This document shows, piece by piece, positions 15,706-25,421 of a DNA stretch of 64,000 nucleotides (positions within the stretch are counted from its first letter, which is position 1; each line of letters starts with the position of its first letter). The notes under the pieces were generated by a model. The model had not been told where the DNA came from. It searched no databases and saw nothing but the letters and a program-made list of their open reading frames with translations. Origin of the DNA: Xanthobacteraceae bacterium. Lineage in GTDB: Bacteria > Pseudomonadota > Alphaproteobacteria > Rhizobiales > Xanthobacteraceae. Made by a program: the position numbers and the translations under genes. The stretch is from the NCBI GenBank assembly GCA_036490575.1, contig DASXDP010000245.1:792-64791 (forward strand). Direction: 5' to 3'.

Positions 15706-16920
15706 ATGCAAACGAGCCGCGACCATATTTTGACCAGCCATGCCGGAAGCTTGCCGCGCCCTGACGATCTGATTGAGGCGAACCGGGCCCGCGAGGCTGG
15801 TGAAACAACCGACGAAGCATCCTTCCAGCAGACGTTGCGCAAGGCCGTCATCGACGTGGTGCGCCGCCAGAAGGAAGCCGGGATCGACGTACCCGGCGAC
15901 GGCGAGTTCGGTAAATCCATGGGCCACAAGGTGAATTATCGCGCCTGGTGGAGCTACTCATTCAATCGTCTTGCCGGTCTCGACTTGGCCGGCCCCGGCA
16001 TGAACGAAATTCCCGCCAAGCGCAGCCGGGCCGGCGAAATCGTGCTCTCGGGCAATGCCGATCGCCGCGACCGGCAAAAGTTTCTTGCGGTCTACACCGA
16101 TCCCGAGGGGAGTGTTTACACCGGTCCGCGGGCGCCCAGCTGGCCGGTCTGCGTCGGGCCAATCAGCTACAAGGGCCACGACGCGATCAAATCCGACATC
16201 GCGCATTTCCAGGCGGCGTTGAAGGCGAGTGACGTCAAGGAAGGCTTCATGACTTCGGTCGCGCCGGGCAGCGCCGCGCGCCTCGACAACGCCTATTACA
16301 AAACCGACGAAGAGTTTTTGTTCGCGTGTGCCGATGCGATGCGCGAGGAATACAAGGCCATTGTCGAGGCTGGGTTGATCCTGCAGCTCGACGATCCCTC
16401 AATCGCCGAGAGCTGGGACCTGGTGAATCCCGAGCCATCGGTCAAAGAGTATCAAAGATATTCCATGGTCCGCGTCGAAGCGCTCAATCACGCCATCCGG
16501 GATTTGCCCGCAGACCGCATCCGCTTCCATTTGTGCTGGGGAAGCTGGCACGGGCCGCACACCACCGACATTCCGATGCGCGACATTGTCGATGTGATGC
16601 TGGCTGTGAAGTGCCAGGCATATTCGTTCGAAGCCGGCAATGTTCGCCACGAGCACGAGTGGAACGTATGGGAGGAGGTCAAGCTTCCCGAGGGCAAGAT
16701 CATTTTACCTGGCGTCGTCAGTCACGCCACCAATGTCGTGGAGCATCCCGATCTGGTCGCGCAACGCATTGTCCGTTTCACCAAGAGCGTCGGTCGCGAG
16801 CGGGTTATCGCCTCTACCGATTGCGGACTTGGCGGCCGTGTCCATCCTGCCATCGCCTGGGCGAAGCTCGATACGCTGGCCAAAGGGGCGGCGCTGGCAA
16901 GTCGCGAGCTTTGGCACTAG
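15706..16920 (+). CDS. cobalamin-independent methionine synthase (MetE C-terminal domain)-like protein, copy 1
   Basis: ATG at 15706. 404 aa. TSHAGSLPRP, GIDVPGDGEFGK, RFHLCWGSWHGPH and STDCGLGG (His/Cys Zn-ligand positions of the MetE/UROD-like fold). Confidence 0.85.
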   Translation: MQTSRDHILTSHAGSLPRPDDLIEANRAREAGETTDEASFQQTLRKAVIDVVRRQKEAGIDVPGDGEFGKSMGHKVNYRAWWSYSFNRLAGLDLAGPGMNEIPAKRSRAGEIVLSGNADRRDRQKFLAVYTDPEGSVYTGPRAPSWPVCVGPISYKGHDAIKSDIAHFQAALKASDVKEGFMTSVAPGSAARLDNAYYKTDEEFLFACADAMREEYKAIVEAGLILQLDDPSIAESWDLVNPEPSVKEYQRYSMVRVEALNHAIRDLPADRIRFHLCWGSWHGPHTTDIPMRDIVDVMLAVKCQAYSFEAGNVRHEHEWNVWEEVKLPEGKIILPGVVSHATNVVEHPDLVAQRIVRFTKSVGRERVIASTDCGLGGRVHPAIAWAKLDTLAKGAALASRELWH

Positions 16921-16979
16921 CGGCGTTGGCACGCGCTCGCCGCCGTGAGGCTGTTTCAACACATGGAGTACACCGCGTC

Positions 16980-18197
16980 ATGAGAGCGAGCACCGACCAT
17001 ATTCTCACAAGTCAGGCCGGCAGCCTGCCCCGTCCGGACGACCTGATCGAAGCGAACCGCGCCCGTGATGCCGGCGAAACGACCGACGAGAAGCGCTTTC
17101 AGGAGCATCTGCGCGCCGCCGTGGTCGACGTCGTCCGCAAGCAAGAAGAGATCGGCATCGACGTTCCCGGCGACGGCGAGTTCGGCAAATCCATGGGCAG
17201 CCGCGTCAATTATGGCACGTGGTGGAACTACGCGTTCAATCGGCTGGCGGGGCTCGATCTCGCCAGCGGACCGGGCCTTCACGATCAGCCGGTGCGGCGA
17301 AGTAAACCGGGCCAGATCGTGCTCACCGGCATGGGCGATCGCCGCGATCGCAACCGCTTTCCTGAAGTCTATGGCGATCCGGAAGGCCCCGCCAGCACCG
17401 GCCCGCGCAAGGCTCACTGGCCCGTATGCGTCGGTCCGGTCTCCTACAAAGGGCAAGACGCGATCGCTTCCGATATCGCGAACTTCAAGGCTGGCTTGAG
17501 CGCCAGTGGCGTCAAGGAAGGTTTCATGACGTCGGTCGCACCGGCGAGCCTGATGCGCTTCGCCAACACCTACTACAAGACAGACGAAGAGTTCCTGTTT
17601 GCGTGCGCCGACGCAATGCACGAAGAATACAAGGCGATCACCGACGCCGGCCTGGTTTTGCAGCTCGACGATCCGGCGATTGCGGAAAACTGGGACATGA
17701 TCAATCCCGAACCGGCCGTGGCAGACTACAAGAAGTTCACCATGGTGCGGATCGAAGCGCTCAACCATGCGCTCCGCGGCCTGCCGGAAAATCTCGTGCG
17801 CTTCCATTTGTGCTGGGGCAGTTGGCACGGCCCGCACACCACCGACATTCCGATGCGCGACATCGTCGACGTCATGCTGGCGGTGAAGTGTCAGGCTTAT
17901 TCGTTCGAGGCCGGCAACGTCCGCCACGAGCATGAGTGGGACGTCTGGGAGGACGTGAAGCTGCCGGATGGCAAAATAATTCTGCCCGGCGTCGTCAGCC
18001 ACGCCACCAATGTGGTCGAGCATCCCGAACTCGTCGCGCAACGCATTCTGCGCTTCACCAATAGTGTCGGGCGCGAACGCGTGATCGCCTGCACCGATTG
18101 CGGCCTCGGTGGCCGCATTCATCCCATGATCGCCTGGGCGAAACTCGAAACGCTGGTGCAAGGCGCGCAGTTAGCGAGCCTCCGGCTTTGGACTTAG
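16980..18197 (+). CDS. cobalamin-independent methionine synthase (MetE C-terminal domain)-like protein, copy 2 (tandem paralog)
   Basis: ATG at 16980. 405 aa, colinear with copy 1. A long run is almost identical: RFHLCWGSWHGPHTTDIPMRDIVDVMLAVKCQAYSFEAGNVRHEHEW. Confidence 0.85.
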   Translation: MRASTDHILTSQAGSLPRPDDLIEANRARDAGETTDEKRFQEHLRAAVVDVVRKQEEIGIDVPGDGEFGKSMGSRVNYGTWWNYAFNRLAGLDLASGPGLHDQPVRRSKPGQIVLTGMGDRRDRNRFPEVYGDPEGPASTGPRKAHWPVCVGPVSYKGQDAIASDIANFKAGLSASGVKEGFMTSVAPASLMRFANTYYKTDEEFLFACADAMHEEYKAITDAGLVLQLDDPAIAENWDMINPEPAVADYKKFTMVRIEALNHALRGLPENLVRFHLCWGSWHGPHTTDIPMRDIVDVMLAVKCQAYSFEAGNVRHEHEWDVWEDVKLPDGKIILPGVVSHATNVVEHPELVAQRILRFTNSVGRERVIACTDCGLGGRIHPMIAWAKLETLVQGAQLASLRLWT

Positions 18198-18348
18198 TCG
18201 CAGCCTGGCCGCGCGTAAAACGAGTAAAATTATATCTAAAACGCAAAACGTGCGCAACCATTAGGCTCGTTCTGCTCGACTTACACTACACGCCAGAGTA
18301 GCTTTCCCCGGCGGCGGGCATTGAGGCGCACCGGGGGGAGCGTCTTTC

Positions 18349-19101
18349 GTGAGTTGCGTGTTGCGTTCGGGCGCGGGTCTTGCCGCGGCGATGATATTTT
18401 GCACCGCTGCGCTGGCGGATGGAGACGCGCCGAAAGAACCGCCGAGCGACCCCACGTTTCTTTTTTTCGCCGGCACCGATCTTTTTTCCGCGTATAACGA
18501 GCCGCAGTTATACGGCGCTTTCGCTGATGCCGGAGGAATCTGGGCGCCGGCCGGCCTTGATCACGATGGCTTCGGCATAAAGCTACTCGCGAGCGGCGGT
18601 ATCTACACCTATCCCTCGGACGGGCTTCATACCAACGTCCGCGTGACCCAGTTGTCCGGGTCCGTTCTACCCGGCTGGCGGATGAATGATAACGACGCTT
18701 TTATCGGATTTTATGTCGGACCGGTTGTCCAGGATTACAAACTCTCGCCCTACGACCCGAAGAGCTTGTTGCGCGGATTTCATGTCGGCGCTCAGCTAAG
18801 CGTCGACGGCTGGTACCAACCGGTGCAGCCGATGATGCTCGCCTTCGATGCGTCTGTGGCCTCGATAGCTTTGATCGGCTCAGCGCGGGTCGCCACCGGC
18901 TGGCAAATCAGCGAGAGCTTCTTTCTCGGTCCCGAAGCCCAGGCGCTGTGGTGCATCGACTATCACGAATGGCGTCTTGGTGCGCACATCACTGCTTTCC
19001 GGTTTGGCGGAATAGAGTGGGCGGTGGCCGCAGGCGCGGCGTACGACTCCTTCAATCGCCTGGGTCCGTACCTGCGCGCCGGTATTGTTTTGCGGTATTA
19101 G
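18349..19101 (+). CDS. predicted outer-membrane beta-barrel protein, BcsS-like
   Basis: GTG start with GGGGGAG RBS. It has a signal peptide, alternating Gly/aromatic beta-strand pattern and a C-terminal aromatic residue (..GIVLRY). Resemblance to the cellulose-biosynthesis BcsS family is from memory only. Confidence 0.55.
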   Translation: MSCVLRSGAGLAAAMIFCTAALADGDAPKEPPSDPTFLFFAGTDLFSAYNEPQLYGAFADAGGIWAPAGLDHDGFGIKLLASGGIYTYPSDGLHTNVRVTQLSGSVLPGWRMNDNDAFIGFYVGPVVQDYKLSPYDPKSLLRGFHVGAQLSVDGWYQPVQPMMLAFDASVASIALIGSARVATGWQISESFFLGPEAQALWCIDYHEWRLGAHITAFRFGGIEWAVAAGAAYDSFNRLGPYLRAGIVLRY

Positions 19102-20843
19102 AAATCCGCCGTGCGGGCTTTGGCCGTCCCCGGACTCTTGGCCGGCGCGTGGCCTCCCGCCGCAGGGTCGGTCCCGGGATCGCGAAACCGGCTGGTGATC
19201 GGATAACGGCGGTCGCGGCCAAAATTCTTCAACGTCACCTTCACGCCTGGCGCGGCCTGCCGGCGCTTGTATTCGGCCAGATACAGCATGCGCTCGATTT
19301 TCATCACCGTCGCCTGATCGAAACCGGCTGCGACAATGGCGGCGACCGGCTCCTCGCGCTCCACCAGGCGTTCGAGGATTTGATCGAGCGCGTCGTAGGG
19401 CGGCAGCGTATCCTGGTCGGTCTGATTGTCCCGCAGCTCCGCGCTCGGCGCGCGGGTGATCACGTTCTCCGGCATCACCCGGCCGTCGGGGCCGCGGCCG
19501 CCCTCGGGCCTCCAGTGATTTCGCAGCTTCGAGAGCTGATAGACCTCGGTCTTGTAGAGGTCCTTGATCGGATTGAAGCCGCCATTCATGTCGCCATACA
19601 GCGTGGCGTAGCCCACCGACATTTCCGACTTGTTTCCGGTTGTCACCACCATGAGGCCGAACTTGTTGGAGATCGCCATCAGGATGGTGCCGCGGGCACG
19701 CGACTGCAGGTTCTCTTCGGTGACATCGGCCGGCGCGCCGGCAAAAATTTTGGCAAGCGATGCGCCCAGCCCGCTCACCGCCTGTTCGATCGGCACGATG
19801 TCGTAGTGAACGCCGAGCGCGCGCGCGATCGCGGCGGCATCATCCAGCGAGCCTTGCGAGGTGTATCGATAAGGCAGCATGACGCAGCGCACCCGCTCCG
19901 CCCCGAGCGCGTCCGTCGCAAGCGCCGCGCATAATGCGGAATCGACCCCACCGGAAAGGCCGAGCACCACGCCCTTGAAGCCGTTCTTGTCGACGTAGTC
20001 GCGCAGCCCCACCATGCAGGCCGTGTAATCGGCCCGATCCAATTGCTCGGCCGCGGACATCGGCCCTTGTTTGCAGCGCCAGGTGCCGTCGATGCGTGTC
20101 CAATGGGTGGTCACCACCGCTTCCCGGAATTCCGGCAGCTGGAAACCGATCGAGCGATCGCCATTCAACGCAAATGAGGCACCGTCGAACACGAGCTCGT
20201 CCTGTCCCCCGACCTGGTTGAGATAAATGAGCGGCAGCCCCGTCTCGACGACGCGATTAAGCGCAATGTTGAGACGCTCCTCGGTCTTGCCGCGCCAATA
20301 CGGCGAGCCGTTCGGCACCAGTAGAATTTCACCGCCGGTCTCCGCGACGCACTCGACGACCTCCGGTCCCCAGATATCTTCGCAAATCGGAATGCCGACG
20401 CGGATGCCTTTGACGACGATCGGACCGGGCATCGGTCCCGCGGTGAAGACGCGCTTTTCGTCAAACACACCGTAATTCGGCAGGTCCACCTTGAAACGGA
20501 TCGTCTCAATGCGCCCCTCCGCTAGAAGCGCGTAAGCATTGTAGAGTTTGTTGTCCTCGACCCAGGGCGTGCCAATGAGCACGCCGGGACCGCCGTCGGC
20601 GGTCTCCCGCGCCAGCGTCTCGATGGCGGCGCGGCAGGCGGCCTGAAATGCCGGCTTGAGGACCAAATCTTCCGGCGGATAGCCGGCGATAAAAAGTTCA
20701 GAGAAAGCGACGATGTCCGCATCATCGGCGGCCGCTTGCGCCCGCGCCGTGCGGGCGCGTTCAAGATTGCCGGCGACGTCGCCGACGACGGGATTGAGCT
20801 GCGCCACGGCGATGGCAAGGCGATCGGCAGGACGCTCGTTCAT
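19098..20843 (-). CDS. nadE: glutamine-dependent NAD+ synthetase
   Basis: 581 aa. N-terminal CN-hydrolase domain (VAFSELFIAGYPPEDL, PICEDIW) plus C-terminal synthetase domain (GLSGGVDSA PP-loop). Confidence 0.95.
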   Translation of the reverse strand: MNERPADRLAIAVAQLNPVVGDVAGNLERARTARAQAAADDADIVAFSELFIAGYPPEDLVLKPAFQAACRAAIETLARETADGGPGVLIGTPWVEDNKLYNAYALLAEGRIETIRFKVDLPNYGVFDEKRVFTAGPMPGPIVVKGIRVGIPICEDIWGPEVVECVAETGGEILLVPNGSPYWRGKTEERLNIALNRVVETGLPLIYLNQVGGQDELVFDGASFALNGDRSIGFQLPEFREAVVTTHWTRIDGTWRCKQGPMSAAEQLDRADYTACMVGLRDYVDKNGFKGVVLGLSGGVDSALCAALATDALGAERVRCVMLPYRYTSQGSLDDAAAIARALGVHYDIVPIEQAVSGLGASLAKIFAGAPADVTEENLQSRARGTILMAISNKFGLMVVTTGNKSEMSVGYATLYGDMNGGFNPIKDLYKTEVYQLSKLRNHWRPEGGRGPDGRVMPENVITRAPSAELRDNQTDQDTLPPYDALDQILERLVEREEPVAAIVAAGFDQATVMKIERMLYLAEYKRRQAAPGVKVTLKNFGRDRRYPITSRFRDPGTDPAAGGHAPAKSPGTAKARTADF

Positions 20844-20862
20844 AGCGGAGGATCGGCGCCGC

Positions 20863-22266
20863 TCAAGGACCGGCGACGGCCGGCAGCGGTTTTGCCACCA
20901 GCGAACGTTTGGCCTTCAGCAAGTCGGCAAGCAGAAATGCAAGGTCGAGCGACTGTTCGGCGTTCAGCCGCGGATCGCAGACCGTGTGATAACGGTCGTT
21001 GAGGTCCTCGTCGCTGATGGCGCGCGCGCCACCGGTGCACTCGGTGACATTCTGCCCAGTCATTTCCAGATGCACGCCGCCGGCGTAGGTGCCTTCGGCG
21101 GCGTGGACCTGAAAAAACGTCCGCACTTCCTTGAGGATTTGATCGAAGGGGCGGGTCTTGTAGCCGATCAACGACGTAATGGTGTTGCCGTGCATCGGGT
21201 CGCAGGACCACACCACATTGCGGCCCGCCCGTTTCACCGCGCGCACAAGTCGCGGCAAGTGCTCGGCGGCCTTGTCCGCGCCCATGCGGCAGATCAGCGT
21301 GAGCCGGCCGGGCTCGTTGTCGGGATCGAGCATATCGATCAGCCTGAGAAGCTCGTCCGGCTTCTGCGTCGGGCCGGTCTTCAATCCCAGCGGATTCCTG
21401 ATGCCGCGGCAGTATTCTATGTGCGCGTGATCCGGTTGCCTCGTCCGATCACCGATCCATAGCATGTGGCCCGACGTGCAGTACCAATCCCCAGTGGTTG
21501 AATCGGTGCGCGTAAAGGCCTGCTCGTAGCCGAGCAACAAAGCTTCATGGCTGGTGAAAAAGTCGGTGGTGCGCATCTCCGGATGGATTTCCGGATCGAC
21601 GCCGCAAGCGCGCATGAACTCGAGCGCTTCGGTCAGGTGCCCGGCAAGCTCCTGGTAACGTTTCGACTGCGGCGAGTCCTTGACGAACGATAGCATCCAT
21701 TGATGCGCATTCGACAAATTGGCATATCCGCCGGTCGCAAACGCGCGCAGCAGGTTTAGCGTCGCCGCAGATTGGCGATAGGCCTCGAGCTGCCGGCGCG
21801 GGTCGGGCGTGCGCGCCTCCACGCTGAAATCATTGCCGTTGATGATATCGCCGCGATAAGCCGGCAGCTCCACGCCGTCGCGCTTCTCGATCGGCGAGCT
21901 GCGCGGCTTGGCGAACTGCCCGGCGATGCGGCCGACCTTCACCACGGGAGAGGCCGCGGCGTACGTCAGCACGACCGCCATCTGCAGGAACAGGCGAAAG
22001 AAATCGCGGATATTGTTGGCGCCGTGCTCGGCGAAGCTTTCCGCGCAGTCGCCACCCTGCAGCAGGAAAGCGTCACCGGCGGCAACGCTGGCCAGCGCCC
22101 GCTTCAGATTACGCGCCTCACCGGCAAAAACGAGCGGCGGAAAACTCGCGAGCTGCCCCTCGACCTCCGCCAAAGCCGCACCGTCCGGATAGTCCGGGAC
22201 CTGGACGATCAGCTTTTTGCGCCACGAATGCGGGCTCCACTTCGGCGCGGTTGTGCGTTTCGACAT
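20863..22266 (-). CDS. class II (plant-type) 3-deoxy-7-phosphoheptulonate (DAHP) synthase
   Basis: Start [26 protein letters not shown] at 22266. The upstream ATG at 22284 lies inside a REP arm. Motifs [12 protein letters not shown] and KPRSS..E support the call, as does the ~467 aa length. Confidence 0.93.
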   Translation of the reverse strand: MSKRTTAPKWSPHSWRKKLIVQVPDYPDGAALAEVEGQLASFPPLVFAGEARNLKRALASVAAGDAFLLQGGDCAESFAEHGANNIRDFFRLFLQMAVVLTYAAASPVVKVGRIAGQFAKPRSSPIEKRDGVELPAYRGDIINGNDFSVEARTPDPRRQLEAYRQSAATLNLLRAFATGGYANLSNAHQWMLSFVKDSPQSKRYQELAGHLTEALEFMRACGVDPEIHPEMRTTDFFTSHEALLLGYEQAFTRTDSTTGDWYCTSGHMLWIGDRTRQPDHAHIEYCRGIRNPLGLKTGPTQKPDELLRLIDMLDPDNEPGRLTLICRMGADKAAEHLPRLVRAVKRAGRNVVWSCDPMHGNTITSLIGYKTRPFDQILKEVRTFFQVHAAEGTYAGGVHLEMTGQNVTECTGGARAISDEDLNDRYHTVCDPRLNAEQSLDLAFLLADLLKAKRSLVAKPLPAVAGP

Positions 22267-22278
22267 CAACGTCTCCAG

Positions 22279-22374
22279 CGTCATTCCGGGACCAAAAGGC
22301 GCGCCCGAAATCCATGTTCACGCAGTGGTTTTGGATTCCGGCACCCGCCGCTACGCGGTTCGCTCGAAATGACG
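22279..22374. repeat. inverted pair of CGTCATTCCGGG REP units
   Basis: cgtcattccgggaccaaaaggcgcgcccgaaatcc versus the reverse complement of ggattccggcacccgccgctacgcggttcgctcgaaatgacg. Confidence 0.8.
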
Positions 22375-22422
22375 GCGCATATATACAGCGCGGCTCTGCG
22401 AAACGACAGGTCCAAACACCGC

Positions 22423-23805
22423 CTATTCCGCGGCTTGGCGGGCATAGCTCGCGGTTTTGTTCCTGATGGTAACCAGTTCTTCGGCCGTGGTCGGGTGAAG
22501 CGCCATGGTCGCATCGAAGTCGGCTTTGGTGGCCTTCATCTTTACCGCAATGGCCGCAACCTGGACCATTTCCGCGGCCGCCTCCCCCACGATATGGCAG
22601 CCGACCACTCGGTCGCTCTGGCCATCGACCACCAGCTTGACCAGCACGGTGGTGTCTCGCCCCGACAAGGTCGCCTTGAGCGGCCGAAACATCGCCCGGT
22701 AAACGTCGGTATGCGCCAGCCGCGCGCGCGCCTCGGTCTCCGTGAGCCCGACAGCGCCGACCTCGGGCTCCGAGAAAACAGCGGTGGGCACGCTGGCATG
22801 GTCGACCGCGGTAGGCTTGCCGCCAAATACCGTATCGGCGAACGCCGCTCCTTCTCGGATGGCTACGGGTGTGAGATTGACGCGGTTGGTGACGTCACCG
22901 ATGGCGTAGACGCTTGCCGCGCTGCTGCGCGAGTATTCATCGACCGCAATGCCGCCGTTGTCGGAGAGCTTCACGCCAGCTTCCTTGAGGCCGAGTTTGG
23001 CGACGTTGGGCGACCTGCCAGTGGCGAACATGATGCACTCGGCGGCGACCTCTGTCCCTCCGGTGAGCTTGGCCACGAAGCGCGACTCGCTTCGCTCGAT
23101 AGCGGCGACCTTGCAGCCGGTAAGAACGCGAATGCCACGCTTTTCCATATCCATGCGGACGTGCTGGCGAACGTCGTCGTCAAACCCGCGCAGGAGCTTG
23201 TCGCCGCGATAGACAAGCGTCACACGCGAGCCAAGGCCGGCAAAAATGCCGGCAAACTCCAGCGCGATATAGCCGCCGCCCTGAATCAGCACCCGCGGCG
23301 GCAGCCGTTCCAGGTGGAACGCCTCGTTCGACGAGATCGCATGCTCAATCCCGGGAATGGGATCGCCGTAGGTGGGCGCACCGCCGGTGGCGATCAGGAT
23401 GTAAGCAGCGCGTATGCGCTTGCCGTCCGCGAGTTCAATCGTGTGGGCGTCGGCCAGCACGGCCCGTTGCTTGACAATCGCAACGCCGGCTTTTTCCAGT
23501 GTGGTGGTGTAGGCAGCTTCGAGCCTGGCGATTTCCTTGTCCTTATTGGCGATCAACGTCGGCCAATCGAACTTGACGTGCGCGATATCCCATCCGTAAC
23601 CGGCGGCATCCTCAAACTCGGCGCGGAAGCGCGAGGCATAGACCAAGAGCTTCTTCGGCACGCAGCCGCGGATCACACAGGTGCCGCCGACACGGTATTC
23701 CTCGGCGAGCATGACGCGCGCGCCGTGCTGCGCCGCCATGCGGGCGGCGCGCACGCCGCCGGAGCCTCCGCCAATCACAAACAGGTCGACATCGTAATCG
23801 GGCAT
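22423..23805 (-). CDS. gor: glutathione-disulfide reductase
   Basis: Start MPDYDVDLFVIGGGSGGVRAAR at 23805. Redox-active GGTCVIRGCVPKK, a second dinucleotide fold (GGGYIALEFA) and a C-terminal HP.T.EE motif. Confidence 0.93.
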   Translation of the reverse strand: MPDYDVDLFVIGGGSGGVRAARMAAQHGARVMLAEEYRVGGTCVIRGCVPKKLLVYASRFRAEFEDAAGYGWDIAHVKFDWPTLIANKDKEIARLEAAYTTTLEKAGVAIVKQRAVLADAHTIELADGKRIRAAYILIATGGAPTYGDPIPGIEHAISSNEAFHLERLPPRVLIQGGGYIALEFAGIFAGLGSRVTLVYRGDKLLRGFDDDVRQHVRMDMEKRGIRVLTGCKVAAIERSESRFVAKLTGGTEVAAECIMFATGRSPNVAKLGLKEAGVKLSDNGGIAVDEYSRSSAASVYAIGDVTNRVNLTPVAIREGAAFADTVFGGKPTAVDHASVPTAVFSEPEVGAVGLTETEARARLAHTDVYRAMFRPLKATLSGRDTTVLVKLVVDGQSDRVVGCHIVGEAAAEMVQVAAIAVKMKATKADFDATMALHPTTAEELVTIRNKTASYARQAAE

Positions 23806-23849
23806 GTTGGTACCGATACCAAATTTGTTCGCCAATACATGTAAGGTTT

Positions 23850-24548
23850 TCAGGACCGTTCGACGAGGCGCACGCCGTTCGGTCCCGCAAGGATTACCGT
23901 TTGCGCCAGGCCGATGAACAAGCCGTGTTCCATAACACCTGGGATTTGAGCAAGACGCACCGCCAGTTCCGGAGGATCGGGGATACGCTGAAGCCTGGCG
24001 TCCAACAGCCAATGACCGCCATCAGTGACGAACGGGTTGCCATCTCGTCCCTTGCGCAGCGCGAGCGGCCCCGGGCAGCCCGCATCGACGTTGGCCGCGT
24101 CGACCGCGCGGGAAATTGCTGCGGCACCGAACGGCGATATTTCGATCGGCAGGGGAAATTGGCCGAGCATGGAAACCCACTTCGATTCATCGGCGATGAC
24201 AATCATCCGCGCGGAAGCCGCGGCGACAATCTTCTCGCGCAGCAACGCTCCCCCGCCCCCCTTGACCAGGCTTAAATCCGGCGCAACCTCGTCAGCGCCG
24301 TCGACAGTCACATCGAGTTGCGGCGTCTCATCCAAAGTCGTTAGCGTGATGCCGCCGCGCTCGGCGCGCTCTCGCGTTACTTCCGAGGTCGGCACGGCAA
24401 TGACGTCGAGACCCGCGCGGACGCGCTCCGAAAGGACGTCAACAAAGTGGGCGGCGGTCGAGCCGGTGCCGAGCCCAAGGCGCATGCCCGGCTGCACGAA
24501 ATCCAGCGCCCGAACCGCGGCGGCACGTTTGAAAGACTCGGCATCCAT
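23850..24548 (-). CDS. rpiA: ribose-5-phosphate isomerase A
   Basis: Start [11 protein letters not shown] at 24548. Motifs GLGTGST, DGADEV and [14 protein letters not shown]. Confidence 0.95.
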   Translation of the reverse strand: MDAESFKRAAAVRALDFVQPGMRLGLGTGSTAAHFVDVLSERVRAGLDVIAVPTSEVTRERAERGGITLTTLDETPQLDVTVDGADEVAPDLSLVKGGGGALLREKIVAAASARMIVIADESKWVSMLGQFPLPIEISPFGAAAISRAVDAANVDAGCPGPLALRKGRDGNPFVTDGGHWLLDARLQRIPDPPELAVRLAQIPGVMEHGLFIGLAQTVILAGPNGVRLVERS

Positions 24549-24628
24549 CGCGGCTTGTGTAGGGCAAAAGCGGCAGGAAGGGAATCGGCCAGCTTGCACC
24601 CGAACTCCCCGACGGCTAGGCAAAATGA

Positions 24629-25336
24629 ATGCTGACCCTCGTCTTCGACCTGGACGGGACACTCGTCGATACCGCTCCCGATCTGATCGATACGCTCAAT
24701 TTCACGCTGGTCCGGCACAAGCTGCCGGCCGTGCGTTTCGATGCCGCGCGTCCGATGATCGGCGGCGGGCCCCGTGGCATGATCGAGCGGGCGTTGGCGT
24801 CCGAAGGACGGGACTGCTCGCCGGCCGGCGTAGATGAGCTCTACACCGCTTTCGTTGCCCACTACGCCGAGCACATTGCCGACCGCTCGCGCCCCTTTCC
24901 CGGGGTCGAGGCGGTACTTGATCGACTCGCCGGAGCCGGTCACCGGCTCGCCGTCTGCACCAACAAGCTTGAGTGGCTGGCGGTGCGCCTGCTGGGCGTG
25001 CTCGGGCTTAGTGAGCGTTTCGCAGCCATATGCGGCCAGGACACCTTCGGCATCCAGAAACCCAATCCGCAGGTGTTTCGGGCGACGGTCATGCGCGCCG
25101 GCGGGGAGCCGACCCGCGCGGTCATGATTGGGGACTCGCCCACCGATGTCCACACCGCCAGGGCGGCCGCCGTTCCGATCATCGCCGTCGATTTTGGCTA
25201 CACCGACGTCCCCATCGCGTCCTTGGGGCCGGACCTGGTCATAAGCTCGTACGCCGAGCTTCCGGCCGCCGTCGAGGAGCTCGGCTCTTGCATTAATGCC
25301 GTGGAGGGTCAGGGCTTTATCGAGCAGAAAGCCTGA
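24629..25336 (+). CDS. gph: HAD-family phosphoglycolate phosphatase
   Basis: [10 protein letters not shown] (motif I), CTNK (motif II region) and [13 protein letters not shown] (motif III/IV). Confidence 0.85.
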   Translation: MLTLVFDLDGTLVDTAPDLIDTLNFTLVRHKLPAVRFDAARPMIGGGPRGMIERALASEGRDCSPAGVDELYTAFVAHYAEHIADRSRPFPGVEAVLDRLAGAGHRLAVCTNKLEWLAVRLLGVLGLSERFAAICGQDTFGIQKPNPQVFRATVMRAGGEPTRAVMIGDSPTDVHTARAAAVPIIAVDFGYTDVPIASLGPDLVISSYAELPAAVEELGSCINAVEGQGFIEQKA

Positions 25337-25421
25337 CATATATATGCTAGTCTGCGGCCTAGCCTGATGAAGCTCATATGGAGCTTTGGGCACCGAAAAC
25401 GCCTGCCGATGGACAGCGTGG

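Noticed and set aside
16956-18161. A 401-aa minus-strand ORF lies antisense to MetE-like copy 2. Similar long antisense ORFs are at 35394-36314, 29260-30273, 30972-31841, 18948-19934, 20713-21462, 54855-55808 and 57898-58524.
   Set aside because: All lie opposite well-supported genes. They have low-complexity Arg/Ala/Asp/His-rich translations and no RBS or motif support. They are high-GC shadow frames.
22267-22284. An upstream ATG (22284) for the DAHP synthase gene.
   Set aside because: That ATG is created by the CGTCAT terminus of the REP element. [15 protein letters not shown] from 22266 matches the usual class II DAHP synthase N-terminus.
21772-23844. A 690-aa ORF on the plus strand spans the DAHP synthase, a REP element and gor.
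   Set aside because: It is antisense to two genes with unmistakable homology-type signatures. Its translation is Arg/Ala/Gly/His-rich with no motifs. This is a typical shadow ORF in high-GC DNA, where stop codons are rare on the antisense strand.
25337-25421. A possible Moco riboswitch upstream of moaA.
   Set aside because: The spacer is only about 85 nt, shorter than the ~130-nt motif, and shows no extended conserved helices.
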